A DNA stretch of 38,107 nt. It comes from an uncultured Thermoproteales archaeon. Its GTDB lineage: Archaea > Thermoproteota > Thermoprotei > Thermofilales > CAYSTQ01. This document shows, in pieces, positions 1-9,515 of this stretch (position 1 is the first letter of the stretch; the number at the start of each line of letters is the position of its first letter). The notes beneath the pieces were generated by a model, which saw nothing but the letters and a program-made list of their open reading frames with translations, made no database searches and was not told the DNA's origin. The stretch is from contig CAYSTQ010000001.1 in the NCBI GenBank assembly GCA_964433855.1, positions 1-38,107 on the forward strand, in the 5' to 3' direction. The position numbers and the translations under genes are program-made.

Positions 1-1
1 G

Positions 2-781
2 ATTCCAAATATGAAAGCAGAAAAGGTTCCGAAATTAGTACAAGATGCTATTTTTTCCCGTAAACCTAATTCTCCTACGACCTTCTTTATTGGTGGGTCA
101 GATGTTAATGAGGGAGAGAAAATTGCGAAAAAAGTCTTGAAATCCTTGGTACCCCCTTTTGAATGTCCGGTGATAATTGATCCGCGTGGTTCTCACACAA
201 CTGCCTCTGCAGTTGTAGCTATGACAATAAATATCGCTAAAAATGAACATAAAATAGAAAGCTTGAAAGGAAAGAAGATTGTTATTTTTGGAGCGGGTCC
301 AGTAGGGAGGATAGCTGCAATTTTAGGAAGCAAGATAGGAGCTGAAGTATTTCTAGTTGAAACATGGGAAAAGGGAAGTAAAGCGGCCATTGAGAAATTA
401 GCAGAAGAGCTAACTAAAAAAGCAGGGGAGGGCGCAAGAAAAATCACAGGAGTTTTTGCGCCTAAAATAGACGAAAGAATAGAAATAGCAAAAGATGCAA
501 CTATTATTTGGTCATTGGCTGCCGCGGGAGTGGAAATCTTACCAATGGATGCTATGAAGAAAATTCCTGGAAAAAAAATAGTGGTAGACATTAATCTGGT
601 ACCTCCTTATGGAATTGAGGGGATAAAGCCTAAGTATAAAAATGAAGAAATTTATCCCGGTATTTTTGGAATCGGAGCATTAGCATTGGGGCGTCTTAAG
701 TCAGAAATTGAGAGCTCTATTCTAAAAGAAGCAGCCAAAATTAAAGGAAAAAAGATATTTGACTTCAATTATGCCTTTTGA
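2..781 (+). CDS. NADP-dependent methylene-tetrahydromethanopterin/tetrahydrofolate dehydrogenase-like protein (MtdA family), 5' partial
   Basis: FFIGGSDVNEGEKI...IIDPRGSHTTASAVV...KGKKIVIFGAGPVG...LVPPYGIEGI aligns along its length with my recollection of Methylobacterium MtdA (FVGGGDMAAGERV...MLDSNGSNTTAAAGV...KGKKAVVLAGTGPVG...AQPPLGIGGI). The frame is open to the window edge and about 40 N-terminal residues are missing. Confidence 0.7.
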   Translation: MPNMKAEKVPKLVQDAIFSRKPNSPTTFFIGGSDVNEGEKIAKKVLKSLVPPFECPVIIDPRGSHTTASAVVAMTINIAKNEHKIESLKGKKIVIFGAGPVGRIAAILGSKIGAEVFLVETWEKGSKAAIEKLAEELTKKAGEGARKITGVFAPKIDERIEIAKDATIIWSLAAAGVEILPMDAMKKIPGKKIVVDINLVPPYGIEGIKPKYKNEEIYPGIFGIGALALGRLKSEIESSILKEAAKIKGKKIFDFNYAF

Positions 782-1675
782 ATGCTCGTTTACCAGTGCT
801 TGAAGCCTGTTCAAATCCACTTTACGTTTTCTAGGAAATAGAATTTCTAAAATAAATGGTCGGCCATTACCAAGCATTCTAACATCTACATCCTCTCTAC
901 CGGCACCATGAAACTTGAAACCGCTTCCTCCTGTTTCTTTAAGTATAGGTTTAGCTATGAGCTCAGCTACAGAAGTAGGATATTTTCTTTCAACTTTTCC
1001 TCTCCTCCAAACCACCCATGGATTTTGAGGAATCCCTCTGGCAAGCTTCCTATATCTACCATAGATGAAAAGCGGCGCTGGCAAAACCTCTACCTCGTCT
1101 CTAATCAAATCTATTAAAATCGTCATTTCGGGGTTCCGAGGTGAAAAAACCGCTTTTAACATGCTCTCTAACAGCTTTCCCACTTCCCTGTTAATCTCTC
1201 TTTTTATACTTTCACCATATTTCAAATCATATCTATACCTTAACTCATCCTCCTTAGCTACCATGCCGTCGGGAACACGGCACCCCACAAGCATAGTTGA
1301 AAAATCATAGGAAGAGACTTTTTCTGCAGCGTTTCTAGCGTATTCATCAAGCCTTGACATAAGGCCACCACATATATGGCACGGCTCCGGCTTAGGAGGC
1401 TTCTCCCCCAGCTTTTCAATCAACAAAGACGCTGGGGCAAAATCCGATCTGGCTAAGATCCTTAGATAATCCTTTATTTGTTCAGCATTAGATTCCTCTA
1501 TGGCCTGTACGCTCATCAGCAACGCCATTTTTAGACATCGCCCACGCTCTTTATTTGTTAAACCGGTGCCTAACATAGCGAACTGTCTACCCAAACATGA
1601 ATCACAGAGAGGGTATTCCTTAAGAAGCCTAAAGGCCGTTTCAAGAATAGGCTCAGCTACTACCATAGGCACCAC
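722..1675 (-). CDS. pus10: tRNA pseudouridine synthase Pus10, apparently C-terminally truncated (possible pseudogene)
   Basis: N-terminal CDSCLGRQF and CHICGG zinc motifs and the catalytic motif GREDVDVRMLGNGRPFILEI are present. Only about 40 residues follow the catalytic motif, versus more than 150 in canonical Pus10. Confidence 0.75.
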   Translation of the reverse strand: MVPMVVAEPILETAFRLLKEYPLCDSCLGRQFAMLGTGLTNKERGRCLKMALLMSVQAIEESNAEQIKDYLRILARSDFAPASLLIEKLGEKPPKPEPCHICGGLMSRLDEYARNAAEKVSSYDFSTMLVGCRVPDGMVAKEDELRYRYDLKYGESIKREINREVGKLLESMLKAVFSPRNPEMTILIDLIRDEVEVLPAPLFIYGRYRKLARGIPQNPWVVWRRGKVERKYPTSVAELIAKPILKETGGSGFKFHGAGREDVDVRMLGNGRPFILEILFPRKRKVDLNRLQALVNEHSKGIIEVKYLFSFNFGCFF

Positions 1676-2223
1676 CTGTCAAGCTCGTTATGCAGCAACG
1701 TTATTAACTGAGACGCTGCCAATCTTCTATTGGACAATTTCACCTTTTTAAAACCATATTTCGACAAATCTAGATTTAAACTAGTATCGTTACAACTAAG
1801 AGTGGTTGCTGCATAAATAGTATTTAAATTTTTTCTTTTTAAAAAATTTATCTTAATACCATTATTGCAACATATTATTTTTAAATCAGCCGTCTTTCTA
1901 AATAGAGTCTCGGCATCGACAGCCTCCAGGAAAACACCTGGGTGAATCCGTTTTCTATTTTTAATAGGCCCTATTTTAATAACTTTTTTAAAGATGCCGG
2001 AAATAGACTGTAAATCCGGCCTTATCTGCCTTATCGAATCCCCTTTAAAAGTTACAGCAACGCTTTGGCTGAAGAGAAATGTAAGTGCAGCATCCTTTCT
2101 AACACCATGCGAGACTAACAGAGCGGATGCAACACATCCCGCGAGTAGCGACATTTCCTTCTTCACAGCTTCTTCGATTGTTTTCGGTGAAACCACAACA
2201 ATCCATCTCTTTAACGACCCCAT
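1660..2223 (-). CDS. trmY: tRNA (pseudouridine54-N1)-methyltransferase TrmY-like (SPOUT, DUF358)
   Basis: LLAGCVASALLVSHGVRKD, VTFKGDSIRQIRPDLQSISGIFKKV and VKLSNRRLAASQLITLLHNELDR parallel M. jannaschii TrmY blocks. The gene overlaps the pus10 start by 16 nt. Confidence 0.65.
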   Translation of the reverse strand: MGSLKRWIVVVSPKTIEEAVKKEMSLLAGCVASALLVSHGVRKDAALTFLFSQSVAVTFKGDSIRQIRPDLQSISGIFKKVIKIGPIKNRKRIHPGVFLEAVDAETLFRKTADLKIICCNNGIKINFLKRKNLNTIYAATTLSCNDTSLNLDLSKYGFKKVKLSNRRLAASQLITLLHNELDRWCLW

Positions 2224-3545
2224 AATCCCCTTAAACCCCTTATTCTCCCCTTGCTTAATTTTCTAGCCAGGCTACGCATGTACTTTTTCATCATCCGATA
2301 CGAATCAAGTAAGTCTCTAACATCCTTAGGCGTAACACCAGCCCCTCGAGCTATACGCTTTATTCTTGATCGATCTATAAGGTCAGGATTTACAAGCTCT
2401 TCCTGGGTCATGGAATTCATAATAACTAACCATTTACGCAGCTTATCCTCACCAGCCTCCTCAACCCCTTCAGGAAGCATGGCAAAGCCCGGTATCAGCT
2501 CGAATATTTTCCGCAGTGGTCCCATTCTAAGTGTAGCCTCCAACTGCTCCCTTAGATCCAGTAGCGTCATTTTACCGCTTAATATGGCCTCAACAGTTTT
2601 CCGCCTAATTCGTTCCTGCTCCTCAAACCTACGCATTAAAGCTTGAAGATCCCCCATTCCTAGAAGCCGGCCTATGAAGCCCTGGGGGTTGAACTCCTCT
2701 ATATCATCTATCTTCTCACCTGTACCTATGAATTTTATCGCGGCCCCTGTTTTCACCACAGCAGCAAGCGCCCCTCCCCCTCTAGCTGACCCATCAAGTT
2801 TGGTGAGAAATATTGATCCTATAGGGGTAGCCTTGTTAAAGGCTTCTGCTTGTCTACCAGCTGCTTTACCCATCGTAGCATCTAGAACAAGCATTATCTC
2901 ATGCGGCTTCACCTTTTCAGCGATCTCTCTCATCTCTTCAATTAAGCCTTCTTCATCTTTATGCCGTCCAGCCGTATCCACTATAATTACGTCATAACCC
3001 TGTTTAACAAACAGTTTAACCCCTTCCTCAGCTATTTTAACAGCGTCCTTTGCCTTAGGGTCTCCGTACACCGGCACATCTATTTTATCTCCAAGCTGTT
3101 TCAGTTGAGCGTATGCCCCAGGCCTAAAGTTGTCAGCACACACCATGGCTACAGCATAACCCTTTTTACGGAGATAGGCCGCTAGTTTCGCGGCGCTAGT
3201 CGTCTTACCAGATCCCTGTATACCCACGAGCATTAACACATAAGGCTTAACATGGATCTGAAGAGGTTTAGGCCGCTCTCCTCCTAGAAGAGAGACTAGC
3301 TCCTCATAAACCACTCTAATCGCTAAATCCCGTCTGCTAAAACCTGGAGGTAACTCTTCTTCCGAAACCCTTTTCTCAACCGATCTAGATAACTTAAGAA
3401 TTAATTCTACAGGTACATCTGCCCGAAGAAGGGCTCTTTGAAGATCCCGCACTATTTCCTTAACGAGCTTAGAATCGACATAAGGTGCCCGTCTTAGCTT
3501 AGCTATTACAGCTCTCAAATCTTCTCTTAAACTAGAAAGGCTCAT
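2211..3545 (-). CDS. srp54: signal recognition particle protein SRP54
   Basis: N domain, GTPase motifs [20 protein letters not shown] and TKLDG, and a Met-rich M domain (MMKKYMR). Confidence 0.95.
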   Translation of the reverse strand: MSLSSLREDLRAVIAKLRRAPYVDSKLVKEIVRDLQRALLRADVPVELILKLSRSVEKRVSEEELPPGFSRRDLAIRVVYEELVSLLGGERPKPLQIHVKPYVLMLVGIQGSGKTTSAAKLAAYLRKKGYAVAMVCADNFRPGAYAQLKQLGDKIDVPVYGDPKAKDAVKIAEEGVKLFVKQGYDVIIVDTAGRHKDEEGLIEEMREIAEKVKPHEIMLVLDATMGKAAGRQAEAFNKATPIGSIFLTKLDGSARGGGALAAVVKTGAAIKFIGTGEKIDDIEEFNPQGFIGRLLGMGDLQALMRRFEEQERIRRKTVEAILSGKMTLLDLREQLEATLRMGPLRKIFELIPGFAMLPEGVEEAGEDKLRKWLVIMNSMTQEELVNPDLIDRSRIKRIARGAGVTPKDVRDLLDSYRMMKKYMRSLARKLSKGRIRGLRGLWGR

Positions 3546-3563
3546 TGAAACGCCACCTTTAAC

Positions 3564-4511
3564 TCATAGATAATCCTCGTAGCGTCCTATAATCACTATG
3601 CCTTTAGCAGGAACTATCTCAAAAATATATTTTTGAGGCTTTACAGGCGCCCACCTCGCCTTACGCACATAAAGCACTCGGTGAATGCTACCCTTAATCT
3701 CCTCCAGCCCAAGAACAAGTATTCCCGTCGCCAAGAATTCCTCCACTCCAAACCTACTAAGCCTGTTGCTCCCTGTAGGAACCTCACTGGTCATAATGGT
3801 CGTTATGCTCCCGCGCTTTTCTAAAGCAAAAACCATTTCTCTGAGAAACTCCCTAGTATATAACACATCCACGTCCCAGCCATAAATAAGCGGGGCAATA
3901 GGATCTATCACAAGCCGTTTCGCATTAACCCTCTCTACGTTTTTAAGTATCTGCTCTATCACAAACCGCGGCTCTATTTTACGCCTTTCATCCTTAAGAT
4001 ATATTTTACTGAAATGCGTACGCATATCAAGGAAAAGAAGCTTTTTACGTTTAATCAAATCATCAACGATCCCCCATCCAAACCTTCTCAAGCCTTTGAG
4101 CACATGTTCAGCTGGCTCATCTATGGCGAGATATACTCCCGGCTCACCGTTTAACGCCCCTGTTATTAGAAACTGCATGGAAAAGATGGTTTTCCCGGCG
4201 CCTGTTTCACCCGCAACCAGATATGTTTTACCCCTTAGGAATCCTCCACCTAAAACAGTGTCTAAACCTTTAATACCTGTAGGTGCTACTGAGTCTAAAT
4301 CCAGTTTGTATGACGGCGCTTCCTCTAATAGGCTCATCGGCGTTTTAAGTTTTTCAATGCCTACTTCAGCTTCCTTTTCCGGAGCCATACATGGAGGAGC
4401 CCCGGGATCGTTGACTATGCCCATTAACTTTAGACAATAATTTATACTCTTTAAATAATATATGCAGGTTTCACATCTTTTAGTTTCAGCCATAGTCTCT
4501 TTTAACGCCAT
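3564..4511 (-). CDS. KaiC/RecA-superfamily ATPase with a Cys-rich N-terminal extension
   Basis: GIKGLDTVLGGGFLRGKTYLVAGETGAGKTIFSMQFL (Walker A) and RLVIDPIAPL (Walker B-like). N-terminal CETC...C...PPC cluster. Confidence 0.8.
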   Translation of the reverse strand: MALKETMAETKRCETCIYYLKSINYCLKLMGIVNDPGAPPCMAPEKEAEVGIEKLKTPMSLLEEAPSYKLDLDSVAPTGIKGLDTVLGGGFLRGKTYLVAGETGAGKTIFSMQFLITGALNGEPGVYLAIDEPAEHVLKGLRRFGWGIVDDLIKRKKLLFLDMRTHFSKIYLKDERRKIEPRFVIEQILKNVERVNAKRLVIDPIAPLIYGWDVDVLYTREFLREMVFALEKRGSITTIMTSEVPTGSNRLSRFGVEEFLATGILVLGLEEIKGSIHRVLYVRKARWAPVKPQKYIFEIVPAKGIVIIGRYEDYL

Positions 4512-4623
4512 GCCAGACTCCTTGTTAAATCCTATCTCAGAATATTATGTTGCCGCTATTAAAATACTTACCTTTTAACGTCTGCCACCATAGACCCCGT
4601 ATAAACGTTTCACTCCATAACCT

Positions 4624-6204
4624 CTAACCAATTTTAGGCCTGACTTCCAGCTCGAACCCCATCTTCCTACCTACCCGCAACAGCCGTTTACGCGTCTTCC
4701 CGAGAAGTACTCCCATATATTCCGGGCTTACATATATTATGGCGCGGCCCTCTTCAGTAACCTCTATATCTATCTCTTCGTCTGGCAGGTATTTTCTAAG
4801 GGTGTTCCTTATAGCTCTCGCAACACTGCTTTCCTCACGCCTGGCCTTCTCCTTTTTCTTGATTGGGACTACAAAGGTTCTTTCACCGAATACGTAAAGC
4901 TCGTACTCAGCCTCACCAGTTAAATAGTCCCTAACAACCACAACCGGTCTCGCTAAATCGGCTTCTTTAAGGCCATGAGGTATCTTAACCACGGTTTCCA
5001 GCTCATACACTTTATTAATCTGACCGTTTTTTATGTAGATAACGGTATCGATTATCGATGGTATCATGCCAAGCTCAACCCTCCCTATGAATCTCTGTAT
5101 AGCGTCTATCGGGGATGTCGCATGGACAACACCGACCATGCCGACCCCCGCCAGCCTTAGATCAGCATAAAGTTCGAAATCCTTAGTATCACGCATCTCA
5201 TCGAAGAACGTATAGTCTGGCCTTGACAGCAGTAAGACATCGTGGATCTCTTCTGAAGTCGCGTAGTTCTTAGAGTACTGGGTTATATCGGGTGGTAACT
5301 GCATATCCCTAGGCGACTCAATGGTCTTTATTATTTTTCCACGGCGACGATAATACTCGGCGAGGGCCTGGGCGAAAGTAGTCTTACCCATCCCGGGAGC
5401 TCCAGCTATCAATATTCCTTCTGCCTGCATTTCCAGCCTCCGCAGGAGTTTTTTAGGCAATTTATAATCTTCAAGTTTTAATCTAGCTACTGGCCTAACG
5501 GCCGTCACTTCAACTCCATCAGAGAACGGCGGCCTAGTGATAACTATCCTATACTCGTTAAGCTGAATTATCATGGATCCTGGACGGTCTAACTCTATGA
5601 AGCCATTGCCGCCGCTTTTAGCCTCCTCGAAGATCTCCCGAACTATGTCTTCTATCTCCTCTTTACTCATTGGCTCATCTCTTAACTGAACAAATTTCCA
5701 GTTGCCTGGGAAGCCTTTCTTGGCAAAAGGCACCACCCCCTCCTTTAAATGAACAGACATGGTCTGCTCGTCGAACATTGCCGCCAGTTTTGACAGCTTC
5801 GTCTCCTCAACTCTGTATATGACTCTTATTCCTATAGCCTCGCACGCCTTATACTGAACTTCACTAGCCGTTATTAGGACGGCGCTCCATTCAGCAGCCA
5901 GCTCACGCAAGACATCATCAATATCCTCATCGTTAACCCACCTGAACCCCTGTGGAACCTCTCTAACATACTCAAACTCCACTCCCATCTCAGCGCAAAT
6001 CTCCCTTAAACGCCTAACCTCCTGTAACCCTATAAACCCTAGGTTATGACCTTCCTTGGCAAGCCGCTTAAACCAGTTAACAAGTAGAAAATGTATTAGG
6101 ACCCGGCCTCTTAAACTGCCCTCCTTAACGAGTCTCCGGACTAACCCTTCCACTATGGCTGTCGAATCCGGTATATACGTCTCCTCAAGACCAGCTTCAA
6201 ACAT
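4624..6204 (-). CDS. PIN domain / PilT-like ATPase / KH domain protein (COG1855-type)
   Basis: N-terminal PIN-like region, Walker A GAPGMGKTTFAQALAEYY, Walker B FFDEMRD, and a C-terminal KH-like GVLLGKTRKRLLRVGRKMG. Confidence 0.8.
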   Translation of the reverse strand: MFEAGLEETYIPDSTAIVEGLVRRLVKEGSLRGRVLIHFLLVNWFKRLAKEGHNLGFIGLQEVRRLREICAEMGVEFEYVREVPQGFRWVNDEDIDDVLRELAAEWSAVLITASEVQYKACEAIGIRVIYRVEETKLSKLAAMFDEQTMSVHLKEGVVPFAKKGFPGNWKFVQLRDEPMSKEEIEDIVREIFEEAKSGGNGFIELDRPGSMIIQLNEYRIVITRPPFSDGVEVTAVRPVARLKLEDYKLPKKLLRRLEMQAEGILIAGAPGMGKTTFAQALAEYYRRRGKIIKTIESPRDMQLPPDITQYSKNYATSEEIHDVLLLSRPDYTFFDEMRDTKDFELYADLRLAGVGMVGVVHATSPIDAIQRFIGRVELGMIPSIIDTVIYIKNGQINKVYELETVVKIPHGLKEADLARPVVVVRDYLTGEAEYELYVFGERTFVVPIKKKEKARREESSVARAIRNTLRKYLPDEEIDIEVTEEGRAIIYVSPEYMGVLLGKTRKRLLRVGRKMGFELEVRPKIG

Positions 6205-6463
6205 CCTATATCTTACCCTTCACATAGGCTCTACTCAATTTCGGAGAATTGGAACCGGGGTATATATAAGCATTGCTCATAAGCCAAAGACTATGCAATA
6301 GGACATGTAAAGGCAAAAGAAAACTAACGGTTTCTTGAGACTTCTTGAAACGTCCAGCTACGAGGGAAACAGTGTTTCCCAAGAACTCTCCCAATAATAT
6401 GGGAGTATAGCAAAAACTTCCTTTTGACAAATAGCCATTACCCATGTCTACAAAATAGAATTC

Positions 6464-6835
6464 ATGCAACGTCTTAACAGAAGAGGAAGCGTGGTCTACA
6501 GAGATTATAATGAGGTGAAGCTCGCCGTTATAACAGCTATAATGATCCTTATTAGCAAGGCTAAAGGAAGTTGTGTAACGTTCACAAGTAAAAAATTAGC
6601 TGTTATAGCCGGGTTACCGACCCAACCAATACTCCTTACAGTAATAAGGGATGTATTAGAGAACCTTAGAAGTGAAGGCTTGATAAAGAGGTATAAACGG
6701 ACCAGCCACGGGGTTAAATACATGGTGACTAAGGACAGCCCATTATGGATCTATGCTGTAAAGGGCGACGACGAGCGGCTAAAAACACCGTATCTCGCCC
6801 CGATAATTGATGAAATACGGGCTAGAGTTAGCTAA
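6464..6835 (+). CDS. hypothetical protein, probable winged-helix DNA-binding fold
   Basis: FTSKKLAVIAGLPTQPILLTVIRDVLENLRSEGLIKRYKRTSHGVKYMV reads as an HTH followed by a wing. No family is recognised. Confidence 0.45.
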   Translation: MQRLNRRGSVVYRDYNEVKLAVITAIMILISKAKGSCVTFTSKKLAVIAGLPTQPILLTVIRDVLENLRSEGLIKRYKRTSHGVKYMVTKDSPLWIYAVKGDDERLKTPYLAPIIDEIRARVS

Positions 6836-6879
6836 AGCCGATAATACACATTTATGAACCAAAATAGTGTGAAAGCCTG

Positions 6880-7233
6880 ATGTCGCTTACGGATAAAGAG
6901 ATCGGTAAAATAATAGAATATCTAGACTTAGTTCTAGCCAGCATGGGGATAAGTATACCTAAACCTGTGTCAATAGTATATATAGATGAAACCGGCGAGC
7001 TAGAACTAATTAAAAAGGGATTCATAAAGGTTGAAGAAGGCGTACTAATATACTTACCGGGGATAATAGCTGTTAGAAAGGAATATCTTGCAAACATGGC
7101 AATCAGAAAACTTGCCACAGGCGCTTTAGCACTCGCTTTCTCCAGCACTTACGGTAGCTTTGACATAAATCTAATAGACCGGATAATCGACGAACATTTT
7201 AACAAGATGCTGTCTTATCTCTACGCGAGATGA
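6880..7233 (+). CDS. hypothetical protein
   Basis: 117-aa ORF whose stop overlaps the next gene's ATG (ATGA), indicating translational coupling to the Trm14-like gene. Confidence 0.45.
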   Translation: MSLTDKEIGKIIEYLDLVLASMGISIPKPVSIVYIDETGELELIKKGFIKVEEGVLIYLPGIIAVRKEYLANMAIRKLATGALALAFSSTYGSFDINLIDRIIDEHFNKMLSYLYAR

Positions 7234-8285
7234 AGTATCTTCTAACCACAGTACCAGGTTTAGAAGACATAGTTGTTCAGGAACTGAGGGAAAAGCTAAA
7301 TTACAAAGTTGATGCAGCCACGAAAACAGGCAAGGTAATCGTCACCATACCGTTTGAGCTAGAGCCGTCATTTAAGAAGATCGCTAGACAGCTAAAGAGC
7401 TGCGAAAGAATAGTAATGATACTGGGTATGGGACAGGTAAATGATATTGGTGAAGTCAAATCCTTTTGCAAATCGATATTTTCAATGTATAAAATAGATA
7501 AAGGACTTATACAACACTTTTATTTAGCAGTAAGGTCAAAACGCATCGGCGAACACAACTTCACCTCAATAGATATAAGTAGAGCTGTGGGAGACGCAAT
7601 CACCGAATACGCATACGAAAAATGGGGGTTAAAACCTTCTTTTTCTCTGGATAACCCTGACATAACTATTTATGCGGAGCTTACAGAGGACAGATTCCTG
7701 TTAGGTGTGGATATAACCGGTATACGGTCCCTACGTGATAGAGGATATAAAATCTATGTTCACCCATCCTCACTAAATCCAATAATAGCATATTCAATGG
7801 CTCGAATAGCTGGCGTGAAAACTGGTCAACGTATACTAGATCCTATGTGCGGCAGCGGTACAATACTGATTGAGTGCGGTTTAGAGTGGCGCGGCCTTGA
7901 ACTCTATGGCGCCGATATAGATCCAAGACATCTAGAAGGTGCTAAATTAAATGCCGAGAAAGCCGGGCTTAAAGACAAGATAAAATTCATCTTATGCGAT
8001 GCCACGGAACTCCATGAATGTTTCCCTACAAAGTTCTTTGACGTAATACTGTCAAATCTACCCTACGGGATACGGATCAAAACCAGTGGCGACATAAGTG
8101 TACTTTACCGGAGATTTCTAACGTCTGCAAAACGGGTTCTGAAAGACGAGGGAGTAATGGTTCTGTTAACCGCTAGAAAAGGAACGCTAAAAAGAGCTGT
8201 TAAATCCTTAGGGTTTAGGATAGCCTCTATTCGCATCATTGAGCAGGGCGGTCTTCGCTCAGGGATATTTCTAATCCGACCTTGA
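7230..8285 (+). CDS. trm14: THUMP-domain tRNA/rRNA guanine-N2 methyltransferase (Trm14/COG0116-like)
   Basis: N-terminal THUMP region followed by class I methyltransferase motifs LDPMCGSGTILIE and NLPYG. Confidence 0.8.
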   Translation: MKYLLTTVPGLEDIVVQELREKLNYKVDAATKTGKVIVTIPFELEPSFKKIARQLKSCERIVMILGMGQVNDIGEVKSFCKSIFSMYKIDKGLIQHFYLAVRSKRIGEHNFTSIDISRAVGDAITEYAYEKWGLKPSFSLDNPDITIYAELTEDRFLLGVDITGIRSLRDRGYKIYVHPSSLNPIIAYSMARIAGVKTGQRILDPMCGSGTILIECGLEWRGLELYGADIDPRHLEGAKLNAEKAGLKDKIKFILCDATELHECFPTKFFDVILSNLPYGIRIKTSGDISVLYRRFLTSAKRVLKDEGVMVLLTARKGTLKRAVKSLGFRIASIRIIEQGGLRSGIFLIRP

Positions 8286-8970
8286 AAGCTCTGTTAACGA
8301 TGTATTCATCTACCTTAAGTACGTTAACAGCTATCTCTCTTATTAACTGATCTGGTGGTGCTGATTTAACAGCATTAAACTTGACGCAGAGCGAATGTTT
8401 TAAGGCCTCTTTCTCAAGCCGGCTCCTGATCTCGCCTGCTGCTATTTTTTCTGCAATTCTGAAAGCAATATAGAACTTAAGAAAGCCGTCTATTCTGGGT
8501 TTTAATTTAGGTAGCTCATCCGATATTTTACGGAGAACCTCTAGCAGTTTGTTTTCCTTATCAAACCCTAGCACTACCCCTGTGAAAATCAGTCTTATCA
8601 CTCTGAAGACCAGATTCTCGTCTATATAACCGAACACATCCCTAAATACCTCGTCTACTGCCCTACCGTTCAGAATCGCATAGTATACTGTTTCATATTT
8701 AATCTCTGGATAGAAGAACTTCTCGTATACTTCACTATATTCGTCTGGCATTATACCTAGACCATATTTACCAACTAGGTATAACGTAGCCATTTCTTTA
8801 TCATATATATTTATCTTAGTTTTTCCCCTCAGGGGCTCCACATCCTCAGCTTCATAAAGTCTCTCCAGAGCCTTAACCAAATCTCCCCTATTCTCAAATC
8901 TTCCTTTCAGTATATCGCCCCATAACTTAGTGCATACACTAACACGTTTTCTATGAATCATAGGTATCAT
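8236..8970 (-). CDS. conserved archaeal hypothetical protein, all-alpha (possibly DUF2192-like)
   Basis: 244-aa ORF lying 32 nt downstream of and co-oriented with rpl10e. It overlaps the convergent methyltransferase 3' end by 50 nt. The family assignment is from memory only. Confidence 0.5.
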   Translation of the reverse strand: MIPMIHRKRVSVCTKLWGDILKGRFENRGDLVKALERLYEAEDVEPLRGKTKINIYDKEMATLYLVGKYGLGIMPDEYSEVYEKFFYPEIKYETVYYAILNGRAVDEVFRDVFGYIDENLVFRVIRLIFTGVVLGFDKENKLLEVLRKISDELPKLKPRIDGFLKFYIAFRIAEKIAAGEIRSRLEKEALKHSLCVKFNAVKSAPPDQLIREIAVNVLKVDEYIVNRAFKVGLEISLSEDRPAQ

Positions 8971-9002
8971 TACGTAACACCGGCCGCATCGTATAGGTCA
9001 AT

Positions 9003-9515
9003 TTATCCTGCTTCGCTATTTTCAATTATTATTCTTGTACCAAGCGGCATTTTAGACCCAGCGCGGCGCAACGCCTCCTTAGCATGGTTCACAAACTCAG
9101 GATTTGTCCTGACCTCCATTAATACCTGTCCTATTCTAACCCTAGCCGCTCTGCCTATCGGCGTACCGAATGCCTGCCTCATACCGTCCTGCAATCTGTC
9201 CGCGCCAGCCATAGCCATCATCTTATTCTCGCGTAAGACATGATGAGGATAAATCTTTATCTTCAAGTGGTAGTTGTTTTCACCTATTTTACTTCCAAGA
9301 TATTTATGAGCAACTATCCTGCTAGCCTCAATAGCGTTCATCCTGACTTGCCCACTCTCCAAAGCCACAAGTCTAACTATGGTTTTAAAATTCCCCTTTG
9401 TATTACCTAGATCAAACTTGGGTATCTGAACCTGGGGAGCTCCTTTTATATACTCTAGTCTAGTATATGGCGGCGTCCCGAAATGCCTATAGCATCTACC
9501 AGGCCTCAACGGCAT
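9003..9515 (-). CDS. rpl10e: 50S ribosomal protein uL16 (L10e)
   Basis: MPLRPGRCYRHFGTPPYTRLEYIKGAPQVQIPKFDLGN is the typical L10e N-terminus. Confidence 0.95.
   Translation of the reverse strand: MPLRPGRCYRHFGTPPYTRLEYIKGAPQVQIPKFDLGNTKGNFKTIVRLVALESGQVRMNAIEASRIVAHKYLGSKIGENNYHLKIKIYPHHVLRENKMMAMAGADRLQDGMRQAFGTPIGRAARVRIGQVLMEVRTNPEFVNHAKEALRRAGSKMPLGTRIIIENSEAG

Noticed and set aside
193-591. A 132-aa ORF antisense to the MtdA-like gene. I considered it as a possible continuation of Pus10.
   Set aside because: The sequence is low-complexity (runs of I, F, S and A) with no Pus10 C-terminal motifs. It is a typical shadow ORF of a real gene.
6206-6469. An 87-aa minus-strand ORF directly upstream of the PIN-PilT-KH ATPase.
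   Set aside because: It contains the TATATATAAG promoter element inside it, has an odd hydrophobic and Ser/Leu-rich composition, and has no Shine-Dalgarno site. It is more likely a non-coding promoter or leader region.
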